This document shows positions 24,290 through 37,200 of a stretch of 64,000 bases of DNA, one piece after another. This DNA comes from Macrostomum lignano (taxonomy: Eukaryota): contig NIVC01000621.1 of NCBI GenBank assembly GCA_002269645.1, positions 372,001 to 436,000 on the forward strand, written 5' to 3'. Position 1 is the stretch's first letter. Each line of letters starts with the position of its first letter. The notes beneath the pieces were generated by a model, which was not told the DNA's origin, did not search any database, and saw only the letters and a list, made by a program, of their open reading frames with translations. A program made the translations under genes and the position numbers.

Positions 24290-27200
24290 ATGGAGACGGC
24301 ATCGAATGCTCTGCTGGATGCAGTGAACCGCGGCAAGAGCCATCTGGTAAAGTTCATTCTGGAGGCCTGCGAGGGCGACGTAAGGAAGGCGACTAATTAT
24401 CGCGACTTCAAAGGCAAAACGCCGCTAATCCGGGCGGTGTACATTACGGTGAGTGGGGCTGCGACGGCGGGGGGGGAGAGTCTGATGAAATCGGGGAGAG
24501 AGTCTGATGAAATCGGGGAGAGAGTCTGATGAAATCGGAGGGAGAGTCTGATGAAATTGGGGGGGGGGAGTCTGATGAAATTGGGGAGAGAGTCTGATGA
24601 AATCGGGGAGAGAGTCTGATGAAATCGGAGAGAGAGTCTGATGAAATTGGGGGGGGAGTCTGATGAAATTAGGGGGGGGGGAGTCTGATGAAATTGGGGG
24701 GGGGGGAGTCTGATGAAATTGGGGGGGGGAGTCTGATGAAATTAGGGGGGGAGTCTGATGAAATTGGGGGGGGGAGTCTGATGAAATTAGGGGGAGAGTC
24801 TGATGAAATTGGGGGGGGAGTCTGATGAAATTGGGGGGGGGAGTCTGATGAAATCGGAGAGAGAGTCTGATGAAATTGGGGGGGGAGTCTGATGAAATCG
24901 GAGAGAGAGTCTGATGAAATCGGAGAGAGAGTCTGATGAAATTGGGGGGGAGTCTGATGAAATTAGAGGGGGGAGTCTGATGAAATTGGGGGGGGAGTCT
25001 GATGAAATTGGGGGGGGGAGTCTGATGAAATTAGGGGGGGGGAGTCTGATGAAATTGGGGGGGGAGTCTGATGAAATTAGGGGGAGAGTCTGATGAAATT
25101 GGGGGGGAGTCGTCTGATGAAATTGGGGGGGGAGTCTGATGAAATCGGGGGGAGTCTGATGAAATCGGAGAGAGAGTCTGATGAAATTGGGGGGAGAGTC
25201 TGATGAAATTGGGGGGAGTCTGATGAAATTGGGAGGGGGGGGAGTCTGATGAAATTGGGGGGGGAGTCTTATGAAATTGGGGGGGAGTCTGATGAAATTG
25301 GGGGGGGAGTCTGATGAAATTGGGGGGGGGGGGTCTGATGAATTCGGGGGAGAGTCTGATGAAATTGTGGGGGGGAGTCTGATGAAATTGTGGGGGGGGA
25401 GAGAGTCTGATGAAATCGGGGGGGGGGAGAGAGTCTGATGAAATCGGGGGGAGTCTGATGAAATTGGAAAGAGTCTGATGAAATTGGAAAGAGTCTGATG
25501 AAATCGGGGGGAGTCTGATGAAATTGGAAAGAGTCTGATGAAATTGGAAAGAGTCTGATGAAATTGGAAAGAGTCTGATGAAATCGGGGGGAGTCTGATG
25601 AAATTGGAAAGAGTCTGATGAAATTGGAAAGAGTCTGATGAAATTGGAAAGAGTCTGATGAAATCGGGGGGAGTCTGATGAAATTGGAAAGAGTCTGATG
25701 AAATTGGAAAGAGTCTGATGAAATTGGAAAGAGTCTGATGAAATCGGGGGGAGTCTGATGAAATTGGAAAGAGTCTGATGAAATTGGAAAGAGTCTGATG
25801 AAATTGGAAAGAGTCTGATGAAATTGGGGGGAGAGTCTGATGAAATCGGGGAGAGTCTGATGAAATTGGGGGGGGGAGTCTGATGAAATTAGGGGGGGGA
25901 GTCTGATGAAATTGGGGGGGGGGAGTCTGATGAAATTAGGGGGAGAGTCTGATGAAATTGGGGGGGGAGTCTGATGAAATTGGGGGGGGGAGTCTGATGA
26001 AATCGGAGAGAGAGTCTGATGAAATCGGGGAGAGAGTCTGATGAAATCGGAGAGAGAGTCTGATGAAATTGGGGGGGGGAGTCTGATGAAATCGGAGAGA
26101 GAGTCTGATGAAATCGGGGAGAGAGTCTGATGAAATCGGAGAGAGAGTCTGATGAAATTGGGGGGGGGGAGTCTGATGAAATTGGGGGGGGGAGTCTGAT
26201 GAAATTGGGGGGGGGAGTCTGATGAAATTAGGGGAGAGTCTGATGAAATTGGGGGGGGGGAGTCTGATGAAATTGGGGGGGGAGTCTGATGAAATCGGGG
26301 GGAGTCTGATGAAATCGGAGAGAGAGTCTGATGAAATTGGGGGGAGAGTCTGATGAAATTGGGGGGGAGTCTGATGAAATTGGGAGGGGGGGGGAGTCTG
26401 ATGAAATTGGGGGGGGAGTCTTATGAAATTGGGGGGGGAGTCTGATAAAATTGGGGGGGAGTCTGATGAAATTGGGGGGGGTCTGATGAATTCGGGGGAG
26501 AGTCTGATGAAATTGTGGGGGGGGAGTCTGATGAAATTGTGGGGGGGGGAAAGAGTCTGATGAAATCGGGGGGGGGAGAGAGTCTGATGAAATCGGGGGA
26601 GTCTGATGAAATTGGAAAGAGTCTGATGAAATTGGAAAGAGTCTGATGAAATCGGGGGGAGTCTGATGAAATTGGAAAGAGTCTGATGAAATTGGAAAGA
26701 GTCTGATGAAATTGGAAAGAGTCTGATGAAATCGGGGGGAGTCTGATGAAATTGGAAAGAGTCTGATGAAATTGGAAAGAGTCTGATGAAATTGGAAAGA
26801 GTCTGATGAAATTGGAAAGAGTCTGATGAAATCGGGGGGAGTCTGATGAAATTGGAAAGAGTCTGATGAAATTGGAAAGAGTCTGATGAAATTGGAAAGA
26901 GTCTGATGAAATTGGAAAGAGTCTGATGAAATCGGGGGGAGTCTGATGAAATTGGAAAGAGTCTGATGAAATTGGAAAGAGTCTGATGAAATTGGGGGTA
27001 GAGTTTGATGAAATCGGTGGAGAGTCTGATGAAATTGGGGGTAGAGTTTGATGAAATCGGTGGAGAGTCTGATGAAATTGGGGGGGGGGAGTCTGATGAA
27101 ATCGGGGGTAGAGTCTGATGAAATCGGGGGGGGAGAGTCTTATGAAATCGGTGGGAGAGTCTGATGAAATCCGTGGGAGAGTCTGATGAAATTGGGGGGG

Positions 27201-30200
27201 GGAGTCTAATAAAATCGGGGGAGTCTGACAAAGTCTACACAGACAGCTAACCACTTTTTATGCATAGGAGGCCGAAAAAGACCCTTTAAAGTGCAGCAAA
27301 GAGAGGCTAAAACGAAGGATTTCTCGAGGCGGAAAAAACTCTAGTAGTGGGGCCACTCCAATTCCATCAGTAATAGGATGATGGGTTGTCCTTTCTTACG
27401 ACTGTCCCGCTCTATTTAATCCCCGAAAAACCTTATTCCTTACTACCTTTGCTCTGCGCTAGGTTTAAAATGAGGATTTTGAGCTGACATCTCGGATTGT
27501 AGAGACGCTCCTTTAGCTGAATAATGTGCTTGTATAGTTCGGGTAATAAGACTAATTATTGTGTCGATGAGTCGAAAGTCGATATTTTAACCTATATGGT
27601 TAGGATGGAAATATTGATGCAAAAAATGCAATGCAGGCTCAGATAGCTTCGAAAGTGAACCTGTCATAGAATCTCATAGAATGTACCAGATAAGAGAGTG
27701 CTCATATCTAACAGATAAGAGAGTGCTCATATCTAACAGATAAGAGAGTGCTCATATCTAACAGATAAGAGAGTGCTCATATCTAACAGATAAGAGTGCT
27801 CATATCTAACAGATAAGAGTGCTCATATCTAACAGATAAGAGTGCTCATATCTAACAGATAAGAGTGCTCATATCTAACAGATAAGAGTGCTCATATCTA
27901 ACGGCTAAGGATTCCTATATCTAACACACTGACTACGCCTTGTAATAACATTCAATTTTACAAGTCAGCCACCCGAATACATCAGATGAACTAACTGGAT
28001 ACTCAGGCGGCGCCATTAGCCTTCAAATCATCAAAGGCCCTACGAACCCTCTGTTCTGAGATAAACAAAATCTGTTATAGAATTCACATGTATAGAATTT
28101 TTTCCAACTCAAAAACATCAGTTCCTTAGGCAAAGTCGCAGTTGCGAAAATACGTTAATTAGAGCCCGCATACCTCTGTCGCCGAATGCATTCCGAAAAT
28201 ATTCGGTCTAAAAATAAATCATAACGAGGCCGGAGCGCATAAAATCAAAGGACATCGGATGCTGGATTAACTTTCCAATTACAGGAATCTGGGAAATGTT
28301 TTGAATATGGGGGGGGGGTGGGGCTGTGGGCGCTGCCGCTCAGCAGGGCGAACGGCTGACACGCTGATCACTGAGCAGGCACACACGCATAATAATACAA
28401 AGAAAAATCGATAATGGAGAGAAAAATCGATAATGGAAAGAAAAAACGATAATGGAGAGAAAAATCGATAACAGAGAGAAAAATCGATAATAGAGCGAAA
28501 ATCGATAATGCAGAGAAAAATCGATAATTAAGAGAAAAATCGATAATGCAGAGAAAATCGATAATGGAGAGAAAAATCAATAATGGAGAGAAAAATCAAT
28601 AATGGAGAGAAAAATCGATAATGGAGAGAAAAATCTATAATTAAGAGAAAAATCGATAATGCAGAGAAAAATCAATAATGAAGAGAAAAATCGATAATTA
28701 AGAGAAAAATCGATAATGCAGAGAAAATCGATAATGGCTAGATAAATCGATAATGGGGAGAGACTAATCGATAATGGAGAGATACAACATCGATGATGGC
28801 GAATTACTTTCATAATCGGCGAAATTTGGAGCTTGGAGTGGGGCGGCTGCATTGTCCTCACGGGGGTAAATCTTTTACCATCATAAGCTCTTAGGCCAAT
28901 ATCCGTGCGCGAAATTTAACTTGGCGCCCTCTATCCAATATTGCCATCCCAAATCTCCACTCCAGGAGGAGAAGTGCCGTCAAAGAATCATGCAGATGCT
29001 CCTGACTCACGGTGCCAATCCCAACTATCAAGACGATGCCGGTCGAACTGCGCTCAGCTACGCTTGCGAACTGCGTCACAACGACGTTGTTAGGCTGCTA
29101 ATTAAGCACAATGTCGATCCTGAGATGCCGGATAAAGAGGGTTAGTGCTAGGGGAGTGACCATACGCTTGTTAGCAAAAGATCGTGCACTCTCTTTACCC
29201 CATAGACATCAGACATCACCAAGCAGACTGTGCACTCTCTTTACCCCATAGAAATCAGACATCACCAAGCACACTGTGCACTCTCTTTACCCCATAGACA
29301 ACACATATCACCAAGCAGACTGTGCACTCTCTTTACCCCATAGACAACACACATCACCAAAGCAGACTGTGCACTCTCTTTACCCCATAGACATCAGACA
29401 TCACCAAGCAGACTGTGCACTCTCTTTACCCCATAGACATCAGACATCACCAAAGCAGACTGTGCACTCTCTTTACCCCATAGACATCAGACATCACCAA
29501 GCAGACTGTGCACTCTCTTTACCCCATAGACATCAGACATCACCAAGCAGACTGTGCACTCTCTTTACCCCATAGACATCAGACATCACCAAAGCAGACT
29601 GTGCACTCTCTTTACCCCATAGACATCAGACATCACCAAGCAGACTGTGCACTCTCTTTACCCCATAGACATCAGACATCACCAAGCAGACTGTGCACTC
29701 TCTTTACCCCATAGACATCAGACATCACCAAGCAGACTGTGCACTCTCTTTACCCCATAGACAACACACATCACCAAGCAGACTGTGCACTCTCTTTACC
29801 CCATAGACATCAGACATCACCAAGCAGACTGTGCACTCTCTTTACCCCATAGACAACACACATCACCAAAGCAGATCGTGCACTCTGTTTAGCTCATAGA
29901 CAAGACCAAGATCGCGCTAATTATACATACATAAAATCAATCTGCAGGCAACACACCTCTGATGCACTGCGCTCGCGTTGGCAACGATACAGGCATCGGC
30001 ATCTTGATCAAATGCTTCCGACGACTCGGTTTAGACATCGACAGGTGCAACAAAGACGGATTCACCGCGATGCTGATAGCTGCTAGGCAGGGCTTCACAG
30101 AGAGCGCTTCTCTGCTGGCCATTGAAGGTCACGCTTCCGTCACTAAGACTGACGAACGGTAATAAGTTAGCTAAATGCAAACAGCGTTCTTTGCATGAAC

Positions 30201-31336
30201 CCTATTTTCCAACCATATCTATGTAAAGGGCCAAAAAACTTTTAACATTTACGATTGTGAAATGCAAGGGCTAGCAACCTCTTTGAGCAGTGGGATTAGT
30301 GCCTCTATTGAACCATTATCGATCTTAGCCTTTAACTCCTGGGCTTTAATACGAAGTAACTACACATTATATCTCTCCGCATCTCAAAATTCGGTTCCCG
30401 ATAGTTCCAACATCTCAAACTTGGGTTCCCGATAGTTCCAACATCTCAAATGACCATATTGACCAACCCGCAATCCATAAACAAAGGTACGGCCGTAACG
30501 CGGAGCAGTGGGCCCGTTCCCAAGGCTGCACCACGCCCGAGGTCGCCCTGTTCAGCACGGCCGCTGAGAAGCTGGTCAAACGCCGACCGAAGTCGCTCCG
30601 GGTGGACACCCGACCGGCCTATCCGAGCAGTCGAACTTCGCCATACCGTCCGCCGGCTCAGCATCAGATGCCGCTGCACCCGCCCTGGAAAAACAGCCGG
30701 CCGGGCGCGCGCACGCCCTCCAACAGCCGGAAGTCTCCATCGCCGAGCATCCAGCTGGCGCCGCCGCCGCCGCCGCCTCAGCCAAGAAAGTCGCTGACAC
30801 CGAAGGACGCCTCGTCGGCAGCTCTGGGCGCCAGCCGATCCAGAAGCTCAACAATGACAACTCTGCTGACCAATAGTCGAACAACCGTTCGTGGCAGCAT
30901 CAGCAGCGTGGGCAGCGGAGGCAGCGGCGCCGAATCCAGCACGGCTAGCCGGTCCCGACCAGTCCGAGGCGTAGCCGTACCAACAACAAAAGCATCGGGC
31001 GCCAACAGTCGACGAGCTAGCAGAGAATCCACCACGTCGACAACTAAGAAAAAGCAGCAGCAGTCAGTTGCTGTGGCGGCGGCCGCAAGCAACTCGGAGC
31101 GCAAGGACTCCACTGATGGATCACTAAGCGACGCAGATCTGGACGAGTTGTACAACGCTCTCACAAGCAACTACACTGTGGAGGAGATGTCAAAACGAGC
31201 TGGACTCTTAACTACCAGCAGCAGCAACAATGCTCAAAATGAAGAGGATCAAAATGAAGACCAGGACAATGACGAAGACGACAACAATTATGGAGCTGTG
31301 GCGACGTCAGTTAGTCTGACTAATTTGCACTTGTAA
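24290..31336 (+). CDS. Ankyrin-repeat protein (ANKRD34/63-like architecture: N-terminal ANK repeats plus long Ser/Pro-rich tail), 464 aa; exons 24290-24448, 28966-29140, 29948-30158, 30487-31336
   Basis: GT-AG junctions with consistent phases (0,1,2; 1395 nt). ANK motifs: GKTPLIRA, HGANPNYQDDAGRTALSYAC, GNTPLMHCA, GFTAMLIAA. An alternative upstream start at 24239 cannot be excluded. Confidence 0.88.
24475..27230. repeat. G-rich minisatellite GAGTCTGATGAAAT(T/C)G(n) with higher-order duplication, ANK-gene intron 1
   Basis: A constant core with G-runs of variable length. The block containing ATTGTGGG and GGAAA variants occurs twice (~25350-25810 and ~26495-26990). Confidence 0.95.
27686..27905. 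repeat. 25/23-bp minisatellite
   Basis: About 9 copies of CAGATAAGAG(AG)TGCTCATATCTAA. Confidence 0.9.
28395..28790. repeat. ~20-bp minisatellite
   Basis: ATCGATAATGGAGAGAAAA-like units. Confidence 0.9.
29180..29890. repeat. 46/47-bp minisatellite, ANK-gene intron 2
   Basis: About 15 copies of GCACTCTCTTTACCCCATAGACATCAGACATCACCAAGCAGACTGT. Confidence 0.95.
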
Positions 31337-32234
31337 ATTCTGTTTAGGTACACCTGTACACGAACTGCCTACAGGTACTATTTCGGACAAGACAGGACAG
31401 ATAGCTGCCTACATCTCTATAGTTATTAGTGGACACAGCCATTAGCACAAAACCTTGACCCCCTCCCTTAAAAAGCAACTTGATTACAGCAATTTAATGC
31501 ATTCGTTATTCGCCTACGACCTAAGCCTAATAATTACGAGCTAGAATGCAATATACGCACAGATCTAGATGTATTCGCTCCGTAGGATGCACTCAAATAT
31601 TGATATTTCTCTGCTTTGGGACAGTTTTTTGGGACAGGATGCTAAAAGGGAACTTTAATTAAGAAGCCTTCTAAAAAGAAGAAGGCTTAACCGGGCCTTT
31701 ACTGCAACTGATATTGATCATCTCGATCTGTTTCATTTTTTAAGCAAGATAAAGTCTCCGAACAATTCATGAAATTTCATAGCGATTCATAGCGACCAGC
31801 CCTGCATCTCAGTGCAGCCTTTCCAAGCCTCTGAACTTCATCAGCACGTCGACCACATGTGTCTGCATCAGCTTTGCCTTCGTTGGTCACTGGCCTTCAC
31901 CCAGGCGGAGCTTCTGGACCTTCAATCTAAAAGATTTTCTCTAGTTTCGCCGATCAGGCCTCAATTGTTGGACATCCTCAGCTACATGTAGTCTCTTAAG
32001 CATTCCATCATCACCCCCGACACTGTCGGCACATTCAACAGATGACACCAGTACTCTGGGGCGACTATGGACATCCTGTTGAAATTAGTCAGATTTTTCT
32101 TTCCAAACTTCAACACTGGACAAGTCTCAAATACTGGACATCTTCAGCTAGTCTCTCGAGCGTTCCGTCATCCCCCTCTTGGTAGTTCGACGGGCGGTAA
32201 AATGACTTGTTATTCCTACTGTTAAGGCATCGCT

Positions 32235-32465
32235 GACTCGTAATTCTGTCCATTCCCCTGACTCCTGAACACAATACGATCACGCCAATAATGTATGCAG
32301 GCACTCACTCATACACACGCTCACACAAGGTGTAAACAGCGGCCCTTTGATAACTTTCTAAATCGTCGATCAGGCATGTACACACTCCACTCTGGTGCTT
32401 TGGGGATTGGCCCCTCATAGCTGTGAATTTTTAGAGCACGCGTAAGCCCCCCCAAATTAATGAGC
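32235..32465 (-). repeat. Interspersed repeat family X, copy 3
   Basis: Aligns to 2990-3240. It is adjacent to a decayed, internally duplicated coding-like stretch (~31950-32230). Confidence 0.55.
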
Positions 32466-32709
32466 TGATGGGCTAACTGAATCGAATAGCACAGATACTA
32501 AAATAACTAGATAGGCCCCACTCAGGCATATATGCATGTACTTATCAAAACAGCTTTCTACTTTCAGTTCAGTAGCAAAGAAGAATACATGAGCTATTTT
32601 ATGAAAATAAAGTTAGCGCTAAAATAACTTTGATAAGTTTAGAAGCCCCCAAGCTTGCAGGCGTAAACAGCTTGCTAATTGGTTCGTCCAGCAATAATGT
32701 ACATTAGCC

Positions 32710-32979
32710 ATTCTTCTCAATGTGATTCTTCTCAATGTGATTCTTCTCAATGTGATTCTTCTCAATGTGATTCTTCTCAATGTGATTCTTCTCAATGTGA
32801 TTCTTCTCAATGTGATTCTTCTCAATGTGATTCTTCTCAATGTGATTCTTCTCAATGTGATTCTTCTCAATGTGATTCTTCTCAATGTGATTCTTCTCAA
32901 TGTGATTCTTCTCAATGTGATTCTTCTCAATGTGATTCTTCTCAATGTGATTCTTCTCAATGTGATTCTTCTCAATGTG
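32710..32979. repeat. 15-bp tandem repeat, 18 copies
   Basis: (ATTCTTCTCAATGTG)18, essentially perfect. Confidence 0.97.
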
Positions 32980-34224
32980 GTTATTCTGAAGACGATTCTC
33001 ATTGCTGGCAATAATTGTCCTAAGTCTAATGACTCATAGGAAGATTTCATGTTCTGAAATACTTCAGGTAGCTAGAATGTGCTTTGGCGTTGCGAAATTT
33101 AGGTCAAAAAATGCAAACTCTAGCCAGATTAGAAAAAAGTGTATGTCAGTTTTTTTCTGGAGTGCATGAGCACTCAGACACGACCATATAAAGAGTTTAT
33201 GATAGCGCAAAAAATTTATTTAGGAAAGAGTGTTCAAAATTAACTTTAGACAGAAAATTCATACATGTTATTTTGTAAATCGAAAACAGAGTTACCTGCT
33301 AAAAGTAGCCATACATGTGGGTTCCCGTTGCTGAAGAAATTTGCATGGATTGAGAAAAATTGCACGTCGGGACCCTGACCTGATGAGGTTCAACTCAAGG
33401 ACGACTTAAGTAGTCCTTGGTTCAACTCAAGCAGGTATCCGGCTGCGACTACGAGAAATTTTGCTGAGTACAGAGGCCAGTGCGAGATCTACAGAGGTTG
33501 CGTTCAAGGCAAAGGAATTATATATCAAAAAGAGAGAGCATAAAAAATAGTAGATAGTCGATTTCTTTAAAACAAACAAACAGTTTATGCATAAAATCGA
33601 AAACCTTTCGATTTTCGAAAAGTACAAAAGTCGAAATTCAAAAGGAAGGTATTCGTTTGAACACTATGACAAAAACTACTAGTCAAAAAGCCTTGAAAAG
33701 TCGTAAATTATATCCATAAATTAAATTATCTTCAACTTCGAAGTCACCCGAAGTGTAGCGAAAGTTAAAACTCTATATCAAATTCAATCAAAATCATCAT
33801 CCCACATCCGGAAAGTTGATGAAGTGCCGGCGAGGCCAACCAGATTTGCTGAGCACCTGCGTTGTCTTGAGGTTGACTCTGCTGCCGGTCCGATGAAGCG
33901 CGGCCGCTGAACAGCCGACTGCCGCCTGTGATCGGCAGGTAGCCGCCAATCAGGATTCGCTTTCGCTTACCCGACCACCTGCCCAGCATCCTGCTCAACA
34001 AACTCCTGATGCAGCTGTAGTCTCGCTCGATAATCTTGGCCACAGTCAGTGAACAGGACGTAGGTCACGTGGGTGATGAGGAGGTCGATCCGGTTGATCT
34101 CGGGGACGTAGAGTTTTGTGTCCACAATGTTGAGGGACACCAGGAAGGTGGTGTAGAATTCCTTTCCATAGCCAGTTAGTGCGTTAGCATTGTTTGTAGT
34201 CGAGTTTGTTCTGACGGTCATGGG

Positions 34225-37200
34225 CAGTGGCGTCGCCAACGGGGGGGACAGGGGGGACATGTCCCCTCCAGTAAAAGATCTGGGGGGTACATGCCAATGC
34301 TTTGCCCCCCCCCACCCCCACCTTGTGGCCCGTTGTTAAAATCAATAATTTTCGCTGCATGGCGACAAAGTAGCGCCTGCGGCGCTAAAATGAGTGCCTG
34401 CGGCGCTAAAATGAGTGCCTGCGGCGCTAAAATGAGTGCCTGCGGCGCTAAAATGAGTGCCTGCGGCGCTAAAATGAGTGCCTGCGGCGCTAAAATGAGT
34501 GCCTGCGGCGCTAATATGAGTGCCTGCGGCGCTAATATGAGTGCCTGCGGCGCTAATATGAGTGCCTGCGGCGCTAAAATGAGTGCCTGCGGCGCTAAAA
34601 TGAGTCCCTGCGGCGCTAAAATGAGTGCCTGCGGCGCTAAAATGAGTCCCTGCGGCGCTAATATGAGTGCCTGCGGCGCTAAAATGAGTGCCTGCGGCGC
34701 TAAAATGAGTGCCTGCGGCGCTAAAATGAGTCCCTGCGGCGCTAATATGAGTGCCTGCGGCGCTAAAATGAGTGCCTGCGGCGCTAAAATGAGTGCCTGC
34801 GGCGCTAAAATGAGTGCCTGCGGCGCTAAAATGAGTCCCTGCGGCGCTAATATGAGTGCCTGCGGCGCTAATATGAGTGCCTGCGGCGCTAATATGAGTG
34901 CCTGCGGCGCTAATATGAGTGCCTGCGGCGCTAAAATGAGTGCCTGCGGCGCTAATATGAGTGCCTGCGGCGCTAAAATGAGTGCCTGCGGCGCTAAAAT
35001 GAGTGCCTGCGGCGCTAATATGAGTGCCTGCGGCGCTAAAATGAGTGCCTGCGGCGCTAAAATGAGTCCCTGCGGCGCTAATATGAGTGCCTGCGGCGCT
35101 AAAATGAGTGCCTGCGGCGCTAAAATGAGTGCCTGCGGCGCTAAAATGAGTGCCTGCGGCGCTAAAATGAGTCCCTGCGGCGCTAATATGAGTGCCTGCG
35201 GCGCTAAAATGAGTGCCTGCGGCGCTAAAATGAGTGCCTGCGGCGCTAAAATGAGTGCCTGCGGCGCTAATATGAGTGCCTGCGGCGCTAAAATGAGTGC
35301 CTGCGGCGCTAAAATGAGTCCCTGCGGCGCTAATATGAGTGCCTGCGGCGCTAAAATGAGTGCCTGCGGCGCTAATATGAGTGCCTGCGGCGCTAAAATG
35401 AGTGCCTGCGGCGCTAAAATGAGTGCCTGCGGCGCTAAAATGAGTGCCTGCGGCGCTAAAATGAGTGCCTGCGGCGCTAATATGAGTGCCTGCGGCGCTA
35501 AAATGAGTGCCTGCGGCGCTAAAATGAGTGCCTGCGGCGCTAAAATGAGTGCCTGCGGCGCTAATATGAGTGCCTGCGGCGCTAAAATGAGTGCCTGCGG
35601 CGCTAAAATGAGTGCCTGCGGCGCTAAAATGAGTCCCTGCGGCGCTAATATGAGTGCCTGCGGCGCTAAAATGAGTGCCTGCGGCGCTAAAATGAGTGCC
35701 TGCGGCGCTAAAATGAGTGCCTGCGGCGCTAAAATGAGTGCCTGCGGCGCTAATATGAGTGCCTGCGGCGCTAAAATGAGTGCCTGCGGCGCTAAAATGA
35801 GTCCCTGCGGCGCTAAAATGAGTGCCTGCGGCGCTAAAATGAGTCCCTGCGGCGCTAATATGAGTGCCTGCGGCGCTAAAATGAGTCCCTGCGGCGCTAA
35901 TATGAGTGCCTGCGGCGCTAAAATGAGTGCCTGCGGCGCTAAAATGAGTGCCTGCGGCGCTAAAATGAGTGCCTGCGGCGCTAAAATGAGTGCCTGCGGC
36001 GCTAAAATGAGTGCCTGCGGCGCTAATATGAGTGCCTGCGGCGCTAAAATGAGTGCCTGCGGCGCTAAAATGAGTGCCTGCGGCGCTAAAATGAGTCCCT
36101 GCGGCGCTAATATGAGTGCCTGCGGCGCTAAAATGAGTGCCTGCGGCGCTAATATGAGTGCCTGCGGCGCTAAAATGAGTGCCTGCGGCGCTAAAATGAG
36201 TGCCTGCGGCGCTAATATGAGTGCCTGCGGCGCTAAAATGAGTGCCTGCGGCGCTAAAATGAGTGCCTGCGGCGCTAAAATGAGTCCCTGCGGCGTTAAT
36301 ATGAGTGCCTGCGGCGCTAAAATGAGTGCCTGCGGCGCTAAAATGAGTGCCTGCGGCGCTAAAATGAGTGCCTGCGGCGCTAATATGAGTGTCTGCGGCG
36401 CTAAAATGAGTGCCTGCGGCTCCAAAATGAGTGCCTGCGGCGCTAAAATGAGTGCCTGCGGCGCTAAAATGAGTGCCTGTGGCGCTAAAATGAGTGCCTG
36501 CGGCGCTAAAATGAGTGCCTGCGGCGCTAAAATGAGTGCCTGCGGCTCCAAAATGAGTGCCTGCGGCGCTAAAATGAGTGCCTGCGGCGCTAAAATGAGT
36601 GCCTGCGGCGCTAAAATGAGTGCCTGCGGCGCTAAAATGAGTGCCTGCGGCGCTAAAATGAGTGCCTGTATCGCTAAAAAGAGTTCTGTAGTGTACGTAC
36701 GTACAGTATGATACGCCCGGGCAGTCTGATTGGCTGCGGAGTGGGGTGGGTGCCGCCACCCCAATTCTAACTCCAAAATATATAGACGCGTGCCCAGCGC
36801 GGCGAGATTGTAAGAGTTTGGGTACACAGCAAACACGGCCTCTGACTCAGTTATTACAAGTGCCCGTGGCGCTAAAATGAGTCCCTGCGGCGCTAATATG
36901 AGTGCCTGCGGCGCTAAAATGAGTGCCTGCGGCGCTAAAATGAGTGCCTGCGGCGCTAAAATGAGTGCCTGCGGCGCTAAAATGAGTGCCTGCGGCGCTA
37001 AAATGAGTCCCTGCGGCGCTAATATGAGTGCCTGCGGCGCTAAAATGAGTGCCTGCGGCGCTAAAATGAGTGCCTGCGGCGCTAAAATGAGTCCCTGCGG
37101 CGCTAATATGAGTGCCTGCGGCGCTAAAATGAGTGCCTGCGGCGCTAATATGAGTGCCTGCGGCGCTAAAATGAGTGCCTGCGGCGCTAAAATGAGTGCC

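Noticed and set aside
24475-27230. CTGATGA in every unit as hammerhead core or snoRNA box C; ORFs 25936-27254
   Set aside because: There are no pairing stems or correctly placed GAAA/box D partners. The ORFs are repeat translations.
32619-33050. (RRITL)n, (SQCDS)n and (VILLN)n ORFs
   Set aside because: Translations of a perfect 15-bp tandem repeat.
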